A DNA stretch of 64,000 bases, taken from positions 1 to 64,000 of the IMG/VR virus record IMGVR_UViG_3300031552_000001; one strand, written 5' to 3'. The DNA is from a virus. Both the position numbers and the translations under genes were made by a program. Below the pieces are notes generated by a model that had not been told where the DNA came from, ran no database searches, and saw only the letters and a program-made list of their open reading frames with translations. Shown one piece after another: positions 43,547 through 54,068 of the stretch (within the stretch, counting starts at the first letter, position 1; each line of letters opens with the position of its first letter).

Positions 43547-44851
43547 TCAAGTTACGATACCTAACGTAAGGGCGTTCGAGCGGTGACCGTTACTCACTAC
43601 CACAAGGGAGGCAGAGTCGCCGTTAGCAGAGCCCGTAAAGTCGCTGACTGCCATGGCGATTGCTGTATCCGTAATGGTACCGTTAACGGTCTGTTCAAGA
43701 TTGTTGACTAGTACTTCGACTCCTGACCCTACACCGCCTGCAAGTGGGGTAGCCGCTGCCACAACAACGGGATCTCCGCCGCCGCCGGAAACAGCAACTT
43801 GCACGAGGGCATGTGCCGCAGCATAAGCGTCGACGGCCGCTTTCACGTCTGCGGCAGTGGAGGTGCCCGTATTGAGCGTAACAGTAATCGCCGTACCCAC
43901 TACAGCAACAGATAGGGCACCACCAGTTGCCAGTTCGACCGTAATGGAATTACCAGGCGTACCTGGACGGTTGGCACTAAAAGCTAGAGAAGCGGCCCCC
44001 GTACCAAAAGTATACGAAGCAAAAGACTGCCCCTGGAGAAAATTATCTCCGGCAATTGCCGCGGCAACGGGAGACCCTGCAATACTCACAGAAGTGCCTC
44101 CTGTTACTTTACCGATAAGCGGATAGTCCGCTTCTGGGGTACGGATAGCCAGACTCAGAGTGTTTGTAAGACGACCATTGGTACGCACTTGGAGAGCCGC
44201 AGAGTCGGCATCTGAAATCCCGCTCAAGTCAAAAATGGCTGTAAAGCCCGTAGCCGTAACTGCGGAGACCACGGTTTGGTCGACGCCGTTTAACAGGACT
44301 TCAAAGCCCGAGCCCACTCCACCAGAAAGAGCTGTTGCAACTGCATCAAGTACGGTACCACCGCCACCGCCAGAGACAGCCACTTGCACGAGGGCATGAG
44401 CGTCCGCATCGGCGTCAATAGCGGCCTTCACCGCAGCAGCCGTAGAACCCGCGGCCGCTAAGGTCACAGTAATAGCGGTGCCTACAACTGCAACGGAAAG
44501 AGCTCCGACGCCAGTAGTCAAAGCCACTGTAATGCTGTTTCCGTCAGTGCCGGGTCGATTAGCAGTGAATGCCAAAGAGGCGGTAGTCAGCCCCAAGGTC
44601 AAAGTAGCCGCAACCTGGTCTTGAAGAAGGTCGGAACCTACAACACCGTATGTGGCAGTAGGGTCTTGCTTATCAATAGCGCCTCCCCCTACCACCTGAG
44701 TAAGTTGAGGATATCCAGAGAGCGACTCAAGGGTGACCATAGCCTCCTCTACGTCATCTCGAAGATCTTGGACTTCCGCCTGTAAACCGCCACTTCCTCG
44801 AACCAAATGAGGCTTGTCAGGGCCCTTTGAACCGAATGCCTTTGATGCCAT
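43547..44851 (-). CDS. virion structural protein with an internal ~190-aa duplication
   Basis: ASLAF(T/S)ANRPGT.GNSITV.L...ALSVAVVGTAITVTL...AHALVQVAVSGGGG occurs twice. Confidence 0.65.
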   Translation of the reverse strand: MASKAFGSKGPDKPHLVRGSGGLQAEVQDLRDDVEEAMVTLESLSGYPQLTQVVGGGAIDKQDPTATYGVVGSDLLQDQVAATLTLGLTTASLAFTANRPGTDGNSITVALTTGVGALSVAVVGTAITVTLAAAGSTAAAVKAAIDADADAHALVQVAVSGGGGGTVLDAVATALSGGVGSGFEVLLNGVDQTVVSAVTATGFTAIFDLSGISDADSAALQVRTNGRLTNTLSLAIRTPEADYPLIGKVTGGTSVSIAGSPVAAAIAGDNFLQGQSFASYTFGTGAASLAFSANRPGTPGNSITVELATGGALSVAVVGTAITVTLNTGTSTAADVKAAVDAYAAAHALVQVAVSGGGGDPVVVAAATPLAGGVGSGVEVLVNNLEQTVNGTITDTAIAMAVSDFTGSANGDSASLVVVSNGHRSNALTLGIVT

Positions 44852-44911
44852 GATTTTCTCCTTAGAGCTAAAAATTGGCGAGAGGGCCCGCCAGTTTTTC
44901 GTTAATTATGA

Positions 44912-45265
44912 CTACTCTTCCTCAAAGGCCTCTTCATCAAGACCCTCTTCATCGATTTCGTCTTCATCTTCGCACTCAAGTTTATTGAGTATCCCCTCTT
45001 TGCACAAAGCCTCTCCGAGTTCTTCATCACACACTACCTGAATAAAATGAGCATCCGCGTGCTCTATCTCTAAACCCTGGTCTGACGCCAACTCTGACAT
45101 TCGGTCTAAGGTATCCGCAGCACTCCTTAGCAATTCCGCATAGGCTGTAAAAGCTTCGGCATCTGCATTAGAAACCCCATTAGACTTCGCATGCTCCAAA
45201 CAGTAGCCTAGGTCATCACCCTGTTTAAAGTACGGAAGGTGCAACTCGTAAGATTTAGAAGTCAT
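44912..45265 (-). CDS. hypothetical acidic protein
   Basis: 117-aa ORF. Confidence 0.6.
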   Translation of the reverse strand: MTSKSYELHLPYFKQGDDLGYCLEHAKSNGVSNADAEAFTAYAELLRSAADTLDRMSELASDQGLEIEHADAHFIQVVCDEELGEALCKEGILNKLECEDEDEIDEEGLDEEAFEEE

Positions 45266-45283
45266 TTAGTCTTTCTCTCTTCA

Positions 45284-46093
45284 CTACACTGTAACCATGA
45301 TGCTAATTCTTCTTTTACCACGTCCGATAGGTCGTGGGATTGAAGTAAAAACTTGAGCCGCTAGTTTTTGGTCGTACTCGTGACCAGGAGGATGCCCCTG
45401 GCCTCGCCGAGCCCTCCTATCCATCACTTCTAAATTCTCTGGTCGGTTGTCCGACCGATTTCCGTTCCTGTGATGAACTATTTCCCAATCCTCTAAATAG
45501 CGCCCAAGCGCCTGCTCCATTACCAAGCGGTGCTCGAGCATAAGCCCCGACTTCTGTGCTCTTGGGTGCCCTTCTGGAGCCCAAACTAAAACGTAACCCT
45601 GTTTGTCGTAACGAGGCTCCGTCCTCCTCGGGCGACCTGCGGGTAATCGATCTCTTAACCTGTTCCCTTGAGTGTCGATCCGACCTTTCCTTTTTAGTTC
45701 GGCATGACAACCACACATGCCCCGACTGATAGCCCTCTTTGAGCACCCAGGCACTAAGCAAAGGGTCTGAGGACCCTTTTCTCGTAACCGCAACACCTTG
45801 AGTTCTTCCCCCCGTTTTCTTTGCTGCCAATGACCAGTGCAAAGACCGTCTCCGCAAGGACGGTTTGTGCAGCCATCTACTAAGCATTGGGCTCCTGGCC
45901 CGTAACTGCCCACCCGTTTGAATGGTCGAAGTTGTTTTCCAGTTTCCCAATCGAAGATACTCCGTAAGGCATAAATGTAATGACGATGGCAAAAACCCCG
46001 GCTCCCTCCCTTTATAGTATTTTCGCACCCCTCTGCTTTGCATACTGGCCACGGTTCTTTTCTTTTAGGTCGTCCTGGATGTCGTAAATTCAT
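45284..46093 (-). CDS. free-standing HNH homing endonuclease with CxxxGC repeats
   Basis: EHRLVMEQALGRYL...VHHRNGNRSDNRPENLE; CKAEGC, CLVDGC, CLVPGC; AAGGAGGT SD. Confidence 0.88.
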   Translation of the reverse strand: MNLRHPGRPKRKEPWPVCKAEGCENTIKGGSRGFCHRHYIYALRSIFDWETGKQLRPFKRVGSYGPGAQCLVDGCTNRPCGDGLCTGHWQQRKRGEELKVLRLREKGPQTLCLVPGCSKRAISRGMCGCHAELKRKGRIDTQGNRLRDRLPAGRPRRTEPRYDKQGYVLVWAPEGHPRAQKSGLMLEHRLVMEQALGRYLEDWEIVHHRNGNRSDNRPENLEVMDRRARRGQGHPPGHEYDQKLAAQVFTSIPRPIGRGKRRISIMVTV

Positions 46094-46124
46094 AGTGACC
46101 TCCTTGGTCACTATTATTATACCA
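46092..46124 (-). promoter_or_regulatory. extended -10 promoter (TGGTATAAT) plus SD-occluding hairpin of the HNH gene
   Basis: Minus strand TGGTATAATA-ATAGTGACC-AAGGA-GGTCACTAT-G. Confidence 0.6.
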
Positions 46125-46133
46125 CAATTGACG

Positions 46134-49100
46134 TTAGATTATTAGGGTCAGCCTCAAATAGTTCGCAGGGAAGGGAACGTCGATCGTGACGTCCACCAGA
46201 ATAGTGTCAGGAGCGCTAGCATCTTGAATCAAATTATTGACGTCTGCGCCAATAAGAACCCCTGACTCAATAAGAAAGTTAAGCTGCCCCTGCACAACCG
46301 TCGATAAACTATCCAGAAACCCTTGTGTGATATTAGAGCGGCCTATGAAGTTGCGAAGACCTGCCCGCATAAACTTTGCGGTAAAGTCCACGACCTTAGT
46401 AATCGACAGCTCCCTGGTTTCAATCGATGAGTTGTCAGTAGACAGTTGGTGTCTGCAAATAACAGGCGCCCCTACCGCATCCCGTACCAGAATATAAACC
46501 CCGCCTGCGGCGATGATATTAAGATGCGTATTGGTAAACTTATCGTTTGAGCCAATAGGGCGCGTTAATCCGGTAATGGGGAAGTTAGTAAATCCCTGCT
46601 GTGGAGGCTGCTGCCCTACCATGCCCACAATACAAGCCGTGGCATAGTAACCGCTTACAGACTGCTCCAATCCAGTGACGTTAATTGCCACTTGATCTGG
46701 GAACACATAATAGCCTCGACGGAAGCCATAAGCCTGAGCAGATTCTTGAATCGTAGAGGCAATAGCTGCCCTGTCTGGGCGGGTAGTACCAGAAAGAAGT
46801 AGTTGCTCGCCCCTAATAAAGACGCTCCAATCATCACTGATGACTGTAGTGGGGAACGCATCGCTGCTGTAGAAGGAATCCTCGTTTCCATCCCCAGCAG
46901 CAAACGTAGTACGAAGAGTGAGAGTAGTTCCGGCAGTGACCTTCTGGACAAGGTAATACTTATCGTCGTCTCCGATATCTAAGTACACCTCGTTATCGAT
47001 TTCGCCCGTAGTGGGGTTAATATCGAGATTGGGGTCAATTCCAGCGGCAATAAGAGCCGGAGCGAGGTTGACATCGACAGTGCACTCATTCGCGGTGGCT
47101 GTAGTATTGAGGTCCGTACCAGATCCTACAATCTCAGGATTTGCCCTATCCGGCATAGGAGGATTAAAGAAGTAAATCCTTTCCCCCTTCTGCTCAGGCT
47201 CCGACATCGCGTTAACATGCGTCAAAAACGCCTGATGCACCGTGCTGAGCTGAGAAGCAGTAGCTAGCGCATATACTTCCTCATTCTCCAAAAAGTCTGC
47301 GCATCGAGCGTACCCTGCGGGGGTGCCGTCAGGAGCATCAGCGGAAACCTCCGGCACACCAATTGCGGCCACAGAAGTAGCTGTTGCGTTTAACAACGCC
47401 AAGTAAGCCATAAGTGCGCCGGGGTTATCAGTGCTTATAGGGTCAGCGGCCTCTTCAAGCGTAGAGATGTCGTCGATAGTCAAAAGAGCCGGATTATCAG
47501 CATCCGGACTCAAATCTAGACGAAGACCCTTATACGCAATGACTATCGGAGCAAACCCTGGGTTGAACGGGGTTCCGGTCAGCCCATCCCGAAGTATCTG
47601 GCTTTGAACAACTGCATTTCCAGAAATGTCTATAGCCAAGTCTGGTGCGGGCCTGCCATCTCCAACTGTAGAACTGGATCCCGTAAAGCCAAGAATGGTA
47701 TTGGCAGTCCCGGCGCCAATAAGTATCTTCGACGCTTCTCCAACCTTTACGCTGGTCAGCTTCAATGCGGGGGGACTAGAGCTGCTAGCTGCCGCAATAT
47801 TCGGAGTGAGTTCATTGATTCTATCCACAATAGAATCAAGAGAAGTTCCGTTGTCGTCCTCATCCTTCTGAAGCGTAACACTCCAAACTTTCGGATTACT
47901 GTCTAGCGACCACTCAAACGTTTTACCGTTCAAATCGGCATCAGTACCCGTAACCGGGCTGCCGTCAACAGCAAAAAGAGTGTCTGTTCCACCTGTAACT
48001 TGAACGCTAGCGGTGCTACCGACGTTCTCGTTCCTGGTACGGAACGCCAGGTAAGTACCAGCCGCGTCCTCCACGCCGGTAACAAGCGCGGTATACGCCT
48101 CAGTATAGACTGCCTGGGAATTCCAGTCCGCGACCGCAGCAGCTATTGTTGCATGAGCCGCCGCCCAAGTAATTGTTTCCGAACTTTTAGCGACTCCCAG
48201 ATAAGTAGGAGTGTAGATTACCGTTTGACCTGACGTTCTGGCCGTAAAGGCAGCGGAGGCCACCTTTATTGCAGGCAAGCCCGGGCGGTACCGTATATTC
48301 TCACCGACGTCTGAAAGAGGAAGAGAAGTAAAGCCTAAATCCGAAGCTACAGTCGAGGCGGCAACTGTTATAGCGGCATCACTTCCAGTATTAGCCGCAA
48401 GAGTTCTGAACCCAAGATGCGTAGCTACGGCAGCGTCAACTTCGTCCCCGACATCATTGGAGGCGTACGTTTCAAAATTCGTAGCCTGCGCGTTAATTTG
48501 AGCTATAGCGTAGGCTAACGTACTCCAAGAGTCAGCTCCAACTCCCGTACCCGAGCTGACCGTTTCAGTAGATTGAGCCACGCCGCTCACGGTTACGTCT
48601 ACCGAGATACTTTCACTCGGAGACGACGTACCAGAAAAAGCGCTTTGAGGCACCACGTACGGCCTGCTGGCTGCTACAGCGGCTACGGTGCCTGTGACAG
48701 TCGCGGCCGCGCTGGCACTCGGAGCAGGATATACGAGGTTGTTGGCTTCTATCCATACTCTTCGAGGGGCAAACTTAGCCCCCTGGGATATAATGTTTTG
48801 CTCTACTTCCATTGTTAGTAGAGCGCTTTCCACTGTAGCCACTTGGCCTATAGCAATTCCATCGGCGATTAAATCATCGCCTACTGCAATACTGTCACTC
48901 AAGAAGTTTGGAGCAGTAATGTAGGCCGTACCGAGAGAAGACACCGTCCCCTGCTGGTTTCCAACATATACCGCAAGCCGGGGGCTAGTGTAATCTCCGT
49001 CACTATCGTCTACGGCGTAAAAGCCTGAACCCACCGCGATAGTATCATCTGCGGCACTGAAGCCCAACCTTGTAGCTCCCACATTGGCAGAGCCTTCTTT

Positions 49101-49766
49101 TCTTACAACAACAGAGGCTCCAGCACCGTAGTTCGTAGAGGTAAGAACAAGAACCCCTGTTCCTCCTGTTGCGGACCTAGAAGCCAAGCCGGGAACCAAA
49201 GCATTGATTTGGTCGATTACCTCGTCAAGAGTTAGGACACCCCCCGGCGTAGAAGCAGCGAAAGTTACCGTGATGTTACCCGACGTAGGTAAGGTGCCGG
49301 ACGTGGGAGGCAGTGCAGTGTGCCCATCAAGCAACAGGATAAGGGTTCTACCGTCTAGGTCGTAACCACCTCCTGTACCTGTTTCAGTAGAAGTCCCCTC
49401 TACGTACGGCTGCAAAGAAACGGTAGGGTCAAGGTAGCTTTTAAGAAATGCAGACTCTCTTGATAGCTCCCTGAGCTCTCCTCCAAATTCAAAGAATACG
49501 CGCACCGTATCCTCTAGCACGTCCACTTCATCAATGTTATCTCGAGGAGAAGGGAAAGACGACTGGAGGACGGTCTGCTCAAGTTGCTCATATAAAGAGC
49601 TTATCTTGGCATCACTATTTACCGTGCCGTCACTTTGAAGCGCTTCGATAACTTCAAAGAATGGGGCTATTACGCAAGGAACTAGCGTAGGAGTAACTAT
49701 AGTGGGAGACGTGGATGCGAACTCTTGCACCACTTCGACCCCGGGTCGGGGGAGTTCAGTAGCCAT
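46134..49766 (-). CDS. contractile tail sheath protein (very large)
   Basis: C-terminal sheath motifs TRELSITKVVDF...FIGR...DTILVDVTIDVPFPANYLRLTL. Confidence 0.85.
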   Translation of the reverse strand: MATELPRPGVEVVQEFASTSPTIVTPTLVPCVIAPFFEVIEALQSDGTVNSDAKISSLYEQLEQTVLQSSFPSPRDNIDEVDVLEDTVRVFFEFGGELRELSRESAFLKSYLDPTVSLQPYVEGTSTETGTGGGYDLDGRTLILLLDGHTALPPTSGTLPTSGNITVTFAASTPGGVLTLDEVIDQINALVPGLASRSATGGTGVLVLTSTNYGAGASVVVRKEGSANVGATRLGFSAADDTIAVGSGFYAVDDSDGDYTSPRLAVYVGNQQGTVSSLGTAYITAPNFLSDSIAVGDDLIADGIAIGQVATVESALLTMEVEQNIISQGAKFAPRRVWIEANNLVYPAPSASAAATVTGTVAAVAASRPYVVPQSAFSGTSSPSESISVDVTVSGVAQSTETVSSGTGVGADSWSTLAYAIAQINAQATNFETYASNDVGDEVDAAVATHLGFRTLAANTGSDAAITVAASTVASDLGFTSLPLSDVGENIRYRPGLPAIKVASAAFTARTSGQTVIYTPTYLGVAKSSETITWAAAHATIAAAVADWNSQAVYTEAYTALVTGVEDAAGTYLAFRTRNENVGSTASVQVTGGTDTLFAVDGSPVTGTDADLNGKTFEWSLDSNPKVWSVTLQKDEDDNGTSLDSIVDRINELTPNIAAASSSSPPALKLTSVKVGEASKILIGAGTANTILGFTGSSSTVGDGRPAPDLAIDISGNAVVQSQILRDGLTGTPFNPGFAPIVIAYKGLRLDLSPDADNPALLTIDDISTLEEAADPISTDNPGALMAYLALLNATATSVAAIGVPEVSADAPDGTPAGYARCADFLENEEVYALATASQLSTVHQAFLTHVNAMSEPEQKGERIYFFNPPMPDRANPEIVGSGTDLNTTATANECTVDVNLAPALIAAGIDPNLDINPTTGEIDNEVYLDIGDDDKYYLVQKVTAGTTLTLRTTFAAGDGNEDSFYSSDAFPTTVISDDWSVFIRGEQLLLSGTTRPDRAAIASTIQESAQAYGFRRGYYVFPDQVAINVTGLEQSVSGYYATACIVGMVGQQPPQQGFTNFPITGLTRPIGSNDKFTNTHLNIIAAGGVYILVRDAVGAPVICRHQLSTDNSSIETRELSITKVVDFTAKFMRAGLRNFIGRSNITQGFLDSLSTVVQGQLNFLIESGVLIGADVNNLIQDASAPDTILVDVTIDVPFPANYLRLTLII

Positions 49767-49809
49767 TTTTAACACCTTTCAACAAGTCGCAGTGTTCTGT
49801 AGCCATAAT

Positions 49810-50592
49810 TTACTCCTCTCCTTCAAACTTCGCATCCTTCACGACTTGCGAGAAGGTGGACTCTGGAGGTTGTGTACTCACAGGATGGACAGGCCGCCCA
49901 TAAATAGACGCCCGGCGAATCTGCGCAGCTTCTCCTGCGCTAAACCGTTTACCGGCTGGTGATACGTTCATTGTCATAAACATTTGCCTAAACGTTACCG
50001 ATGGGTCTCTTATAAGCCACTGGGGCTGCCAATAGAACGGGATAGTTACCACCCGGGATATGATCTTCTCTTCGGGCAGTGGGCCCGTGTATGCGGTAGG
50101 ACCCGACTCGGGAGATATGGCATGGTTCATCCCTACTTGATGTAAGCCGCCCCCTTTTATGATAATACGCCTATATACGTTAGTGGCATAGGAACAATAC
50201 CAAGCTATTCTACTTGCAAGTAGCCCATCTCTGCTTTGACAGTGATAGGTCATTGTCGAGGGAAATAGGTCTGTATGGGTTCTTTCTCCCGTCGACATCA
50301 CCTTTTGCCGCATAAGCTGGTCTATAGCTAAAACAGCCCACTTACCTTCCCCAAACACACATGTTATGTGTGGTTTTTTCTCTACAGCCTCTAACCTAGG
50401 CTTCTGGTCGGTAATAATGAGTTCTGTAGTCTCTTCGTTAGGCCTCCACTTCCAGCCCGTTCCCTCTGGAGCCTCTCGAAAATAGTTCTGCAAAAAATAC
50501 ACGAACACCCGCGTGATTTGCAGCATGGGGTCTTCCGCGAGGCTCAGGTCTGAGCCCCTCTCATACCCTCTAACTGTTTCGCTTGACGGCAT
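49810..50592 (-). CDS. tail terminator/completion-like protein
   Basis: Position just upstream of the sheath; 260 aa. Confidence 0.4.
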   Translation of the reverse strand: MPSSETVRGYERGSDLSLAEDPMLQITRVFVYFLQNYFREAPEGTGWKWRPNEETTELIITDQKPRLEAVEKKPHITCVFGEGKWAVLAIDQLMRQKVMSTGERTHTDLFPSTMTYHCQSRDGLLASRIAWYCSYATNVYRRIIIKGGGLHQVGMNHAISPESGPTAYTGPLPEEKIISRVVTIPFYWQPQWLIRDPSVTFRQMFMTMNVSPAGKRFSAGEAAQIRRASIYGRPVHPVSTQPPESTFSQVVKDAKFEGEE

Positions 50593-50926
50593 TCTGCTCT
50601 ACCTGATTCGCTCTTCTAAGAGCTTCCATAGTTGCGAACGAGCTAAGAGCTCCTAGTACCCCTATCGCCTTTCCTACTCGAGCTTTAGTAGTTGCGCTCC
50701 ACGGTTGAGGTAAAAGCCTAGAAAGATACTTATGGCCCAAAACGGCACCCCCTGCTGCTCCTAAACCGTACCCTAAACCGTACCCTATTCCACTTTTGAG
50801 CCGCTTCTTTACTTGCAGACCTAAATTAGGTTGAAAGGACACCCCTTCCTCATTAGATTTTTCCGCCTCCTCTGCCTCCTTAATAAGCAGCAGTTCTTCA
50901 ACAAATGACGAAAAACTTGGAGACAT
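50570..50926 (-). CDS. glycine-zipper virion protein
   Basis: GIGYGLGYGLGAAGGAVLG; FVEELLLIKEA. Confidence 0.55.
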   Translation of the reverse strand: MSPSFSSFVEELLLIKEAEEAEKSNEEGVSFQPNLGLQVKKRLKSGIGYGLGYGLGAAGGAVLGHKYLSRLLPQPWSATTKARVGKAIGVLGALSSFATMEALRRANQVEQNAVKRNS

Positions 50927-50928
50927 TT

Positions 50929-51807
50929 CTACTCTTCCAGAAGATCTTTTATGGGGGATACAAAGTCAGCTTGCGGACACATCGGCCTTGTCATCGATCG
51001 AGCCGGGGAGAACGAGCTAGATACGTCAAAGTTTACAGGCACCTTGAATTTGATATCATCCTTGGGTAGAGCCCACAGTTTCATTTCTTGCCGCACTACG
51101 CTTCTCAGTTTCTCAGTGACAGGAACGTCCTTAACCAACCACCGTTTGTTTTCAGCCTCTACAATCATATCCTTTGGTTTGATGGGCGGGAAGGCTGATG
51201 TTCTGGCAGTGGTCATTACGAACTGATGTTCTTCAAAGTCAGTCCTTTGCACACTTTTAGGAGAGGGGTCGATTTGTATGTAGAATCTTATAGGTTTCGC
51301 AAAGCCGCCGACGTAAGTGGTATCAAAACAGGTCGCACAATTTTGATGGGTAGCCCTGCCGATCGTATTACCTTTTGGCCCCAAGTCATAGCAGTTACTA
51401 CATCGTTGTCCGAAGGTGAGAGCAGGAAACAAGAACGCTACTCTTCCCGTAAACTCCTGGAGCAAAAGAGACTCTCTTCTTCGAAATTCTAAGCCCAAAA
51501 GATCTGGCTCTGCCTCTAACCAAACAGGACCAAATTCTTGTGTCTCTCCAGTTTCGCGTAAAACAGAACGTATCTTGTAATAGTAGTTTCTCCAACGATG
51601 GAACTGGTGAACTCCAGGGTCTCTAAAAGAGTACGTATTGTAGAAAGGGCCCGCTATCACACTGAAAGGCCCAGCGGCTCCGTCTACGCTCCGAAGAACG
51701 TAAAAATCGTAACCCTCTAGCTCTTCGGTAGTATCCGCAATCTCCCAAAATAAATCCAGGTAGTCGATGGAGAATGAGCGGACATAGAGTTTAGTTACCG
51801 TAATCAT
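50929..51807 (-). CDS. neck/head-closure-like protein
   Basis: Fn3-like N-terminus, RCSNCYD...CATCFDTTYVGG, PPIKPKDMIVE...RWLV. Confidence 0.55.
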   Translation of the reverse strand: MITVTKLYVRSFSIDYLDLFWEIADTTEELEGYDFYVLRSVDGAAGPFSVIAGPFYNTYSFRDPGVHQFHRWRNYYYKIRSVLRETGETQEFGPVWLEAEPDLLGLEFRRRESLLLQEFTGRVAFLFPALTFGQRCSNCYDLGPKGNTIGRATHQNCATCFDTTYVGGFAKPIRFYIQIDPSPKSVQRTDFEEHQFVMTTARTSAFPPIKPKDMIVEAENKRWLVKDVPVTEKLRSVVRQEMKLWALPKDDIKFKVPVNFDVSSSFSPARSMTRPMCPQADFVSPIKDLLEE

Positions 51808-52143
51808 CTAGCCGCCAAACATACGAGTTAGCCAACCCTTCTTAAACCGATTCAAGACAATCTTACGATATTCAGGCTTCATACTCTCAAGTATGCTGAC
51901 TGTAATATTGGGGTTGTCTATTGCCTCCTGTATGCCTCTTTTGAAGCCAAACATCGCCCGATCAATGTTACCCGATGAGGTTAAACCTCCAGTCAGAGCG
52001 CCCATACTGGCTCCAGTGGCCCCGCCTACAAGAGCATTACGAAACCTGTTTTCGCCCTCGCCGGTAATAGCCCCAACTGTCGCGCCTCCAGCTCCACCTA
52101 AAGCGACGCCTTTTGCTACGGGGGTTGATAGGACACTGGTCAA
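51808..52143 (-). CDS. glycine-zipper virion protein
   Basis: GVALGGAGGATVGAITG...ALVGGATGASMGALTGG. Confidence 0.55.
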   Translation of the reverse strand: MTSVLSTPVAKGVALGGAGGATVGAITGEGENRFRNALVGGATGASMGALTGGLTSSGNIDRAMFGFKRGIQEAIDNPNITVSILESMKPEYRKIVLNRFKKGWLTRMFGG

Positions 52144-52178
52144 GGTATTAAGTACCCCGCCCGTTTTAGCCAGTGCCC

Positions 52179-54068
52179 CTACTGAGGGCCCTCTTCACTC
52201 TCTCTAGGAAACTGATTTGCCCCAAACCCTTGAGTAAGACCCTGGACGTATCCATGCCCCGCTCCGGCACCAAACGCTCTGCGCGCTCGAAGCATCGACA
52301 AAAGCTTATCGGCTACCGCTTCTTCGGCACCTTCTGCCTGACCAACTCTTCTACCATACAGACCGCCGAGCGCGGCTCCGCCTAATGCGCCTACTCCGGC
52401 AGCTAGAGGAGCTTTAGCTTTCAAAAGCTTACCCACACCAAAACCAGCGCCTGCTCCTAGAGCCCCGCCTCCTAGTCCTCCGGCAACAGTGCCTCGCCTA
52501 CCCCACTGCTGAGCTCTTCCCTCTATGTCCTCTCGCTCTTGAGCGTTTTGAATAGCCTCTTCTATCTCTCCTGGGCTTAGAGCAGGCTGGCCGGTTACGT
52601 TAGGCATGAAAGTACCTTCAGCCATTTTTGCCATTATTCTGCCCGCCGCGTCACCTACTTCCATCAAAGAAGAGACTTTGGCGGCCCCGCTCTTGTCTAA
52701 ATACTTCTTTCCCTTTTGCGCCGCAAGCCAACCAGGATCCGTGGTTCCTTCCGCTTCTGCCTGTTGTACTATTCTTTCTACTTCTTCGGGTGTGGCGGGC
52801 CTCCCTTCTGGCTCATCTATAAAACTTGCGGGGAGGCCCATACCGAATGCAGCGCCCAATAGGCCTCCGGCAACACCTCCACCAAAAGTCCTAGCAATTC
52901 TACTGGGCAAAGTCCTGCCCCCTTTATATCCTAAATATCCTCCAAGACTGCTTCCCGCTAGACCTCCAAGAATTGATCCTACATTCAAGGAGCGCAATTG
53001 TTTTTCAGAAAAATGCCTAAACTGCTTATCGTCCGCTGTCTTAGATTGATTAGATGCCAAAGCCCCCACACCAAAGCCCGCCGCTCCAGCGGTTCCCATA
53101 GCTACCCCCGGATGGGCCTTAGCCGTTTGCATGACGGATTTACCCACTCCTGCGCCGCCCTGCCTGGCAGCTTGAAATGTACCAGCCACTTGTTGAGCTT
53201 TTCCCTTAGCTGCCCCTATAGCGGGCTTAACCGCGCTTACTGCTTTGGAGCCTATGCTCTTCAAAGCCGGTACCGCTGCACTAAGGTTGAAAGCAAGTTT
53301 AGTGTACCCGTCCTTCTCAAGCTTAACAAGCGCCTTATCTATATCACCCCCACAGCTGCCAAAAGCAGCAGCAAAGCATTCAACGGATGCAGACTTGTCT
53401 TTCGTTAAAGGGCCCTTATAGGGAGGACCTTGATGTTGCTTACCAGGCTTGCCTTGGCGAGAGGCGATTCTAGCCTTCATACCTGCCGGCATGTCCGGGT
53501 GATCGCGCTTCAAAGCGCTGTAAATCTCTTTTACTTTCTTAGGGCGATCTTGCTCAGTAAAATGAGGCATGTCCCTTTTGGCGGCCGTTTTGTAGTTAGG
53601 CAAAATTTGCGCTACCGAGGGGGCGTTAGTGGCCAAGTTTTTCAAACCCCCTACTGTCTTACCTGCGCCTTTAGCTAGCTTGGCCGCTCCGGGTATGGGA
53701 ATAGCGGCTGTTTTTGCCCCAACAGGGATTCCCATTGGGCCTTTTCCTTTTCCGCGCCCTTTTCCTTTACCTTCTCCTTGAGAACGGAGCTTACCCCCAG
53801 GGCAAGAGGCAGCAGCTTTCTTTACTCTTCCGCACTCGCACTGAAAGATACTTCCAAGCTTTGTCATCTGCCCCCCGCAGCCGCCACAGACATCTTCTGG
53901 CAAAGCCACCCCTGCCAACTTGGCTAGCTCCTCCACAGAAGCCGATTTTAAAAAGCGAGCGTCTTCCTCTTCTCGAGCAGCTTTCTTAGCCAACTCTTCT
54001 AAATGAGCGTCGAGCCTGCGTTGAGTTCCCGCATACTTTACCAATTCTTCAATGTAACTCTCAAGCAT
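52179..54068 (-). CDS. large Gly/Ala/Lys-rich putative internal head/ejection protein
   Basis: 629 aa, multiple glycine zippers and K-x-A motifs. Confidence 0.65.
   Translation of the reverse strand: MLESYIEELVKYAGTQRRLDAHLEELAKKAAREEEDARFLKSASVEELAKLAGVALPEDVCGGCGGQMTKLGSIFQCECGRVKKAAASCPGGKLRSQGEGKGKGRGKGKGPMGIPVGAKTAAIPIPGAAKLAKGAGKTVGGLKNLATNAPSVAQILPNYKTAAKRDMPHFTEQDRPKKVKEIYSALKRDHPDMPAGMKARIASRQGKPGKQHQGPPYKGPLTKDKSASVECFAAAFGSCGGDIDKALVKLEKDGYTKLAFNLSAAVPALKSIGSKAVSAVKPAIGAAKGKAQQVAGTFQAARQGGAGVGKSVMQTAKAHPGVAMGTAGAAGFGVGALASNQSKTADDKQFRHFSEKQLRSLNVGSILGGLAGSSLGGYLGYKGGRTLPSRIARTFGGGVAGGLLGAAFGMGLPASFIDEPEGRPATPEEVERIVQQAEAEGTTDPGWLAAQKGKKYLDKSGAAKVSSLMEVGDAAGRIMAKMAEGTFMPNVTGQPALSPGEIEEAIQNAQEREDIEGRAQQWGRRGTVAGGLGGGALGAGAGFGVGKLLKAKAPLAAGVGALGGAALGGLYGRRVGQAEGAEEAVADKLLSMLRARRAFGAGAGHGYVQGLTQGFGANQFPRESEEGPQ

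Noticed and set aside
45417-46052. 211-aa alternative-frame ORF within the HNH gene, and similar long shadow ORFs (57749-58540 -, 18464-19057 +, 25184-25795 -)
   Set aside because: They overlap well-supported genes, lack SD sequences and motifs, and look like shadow frames.
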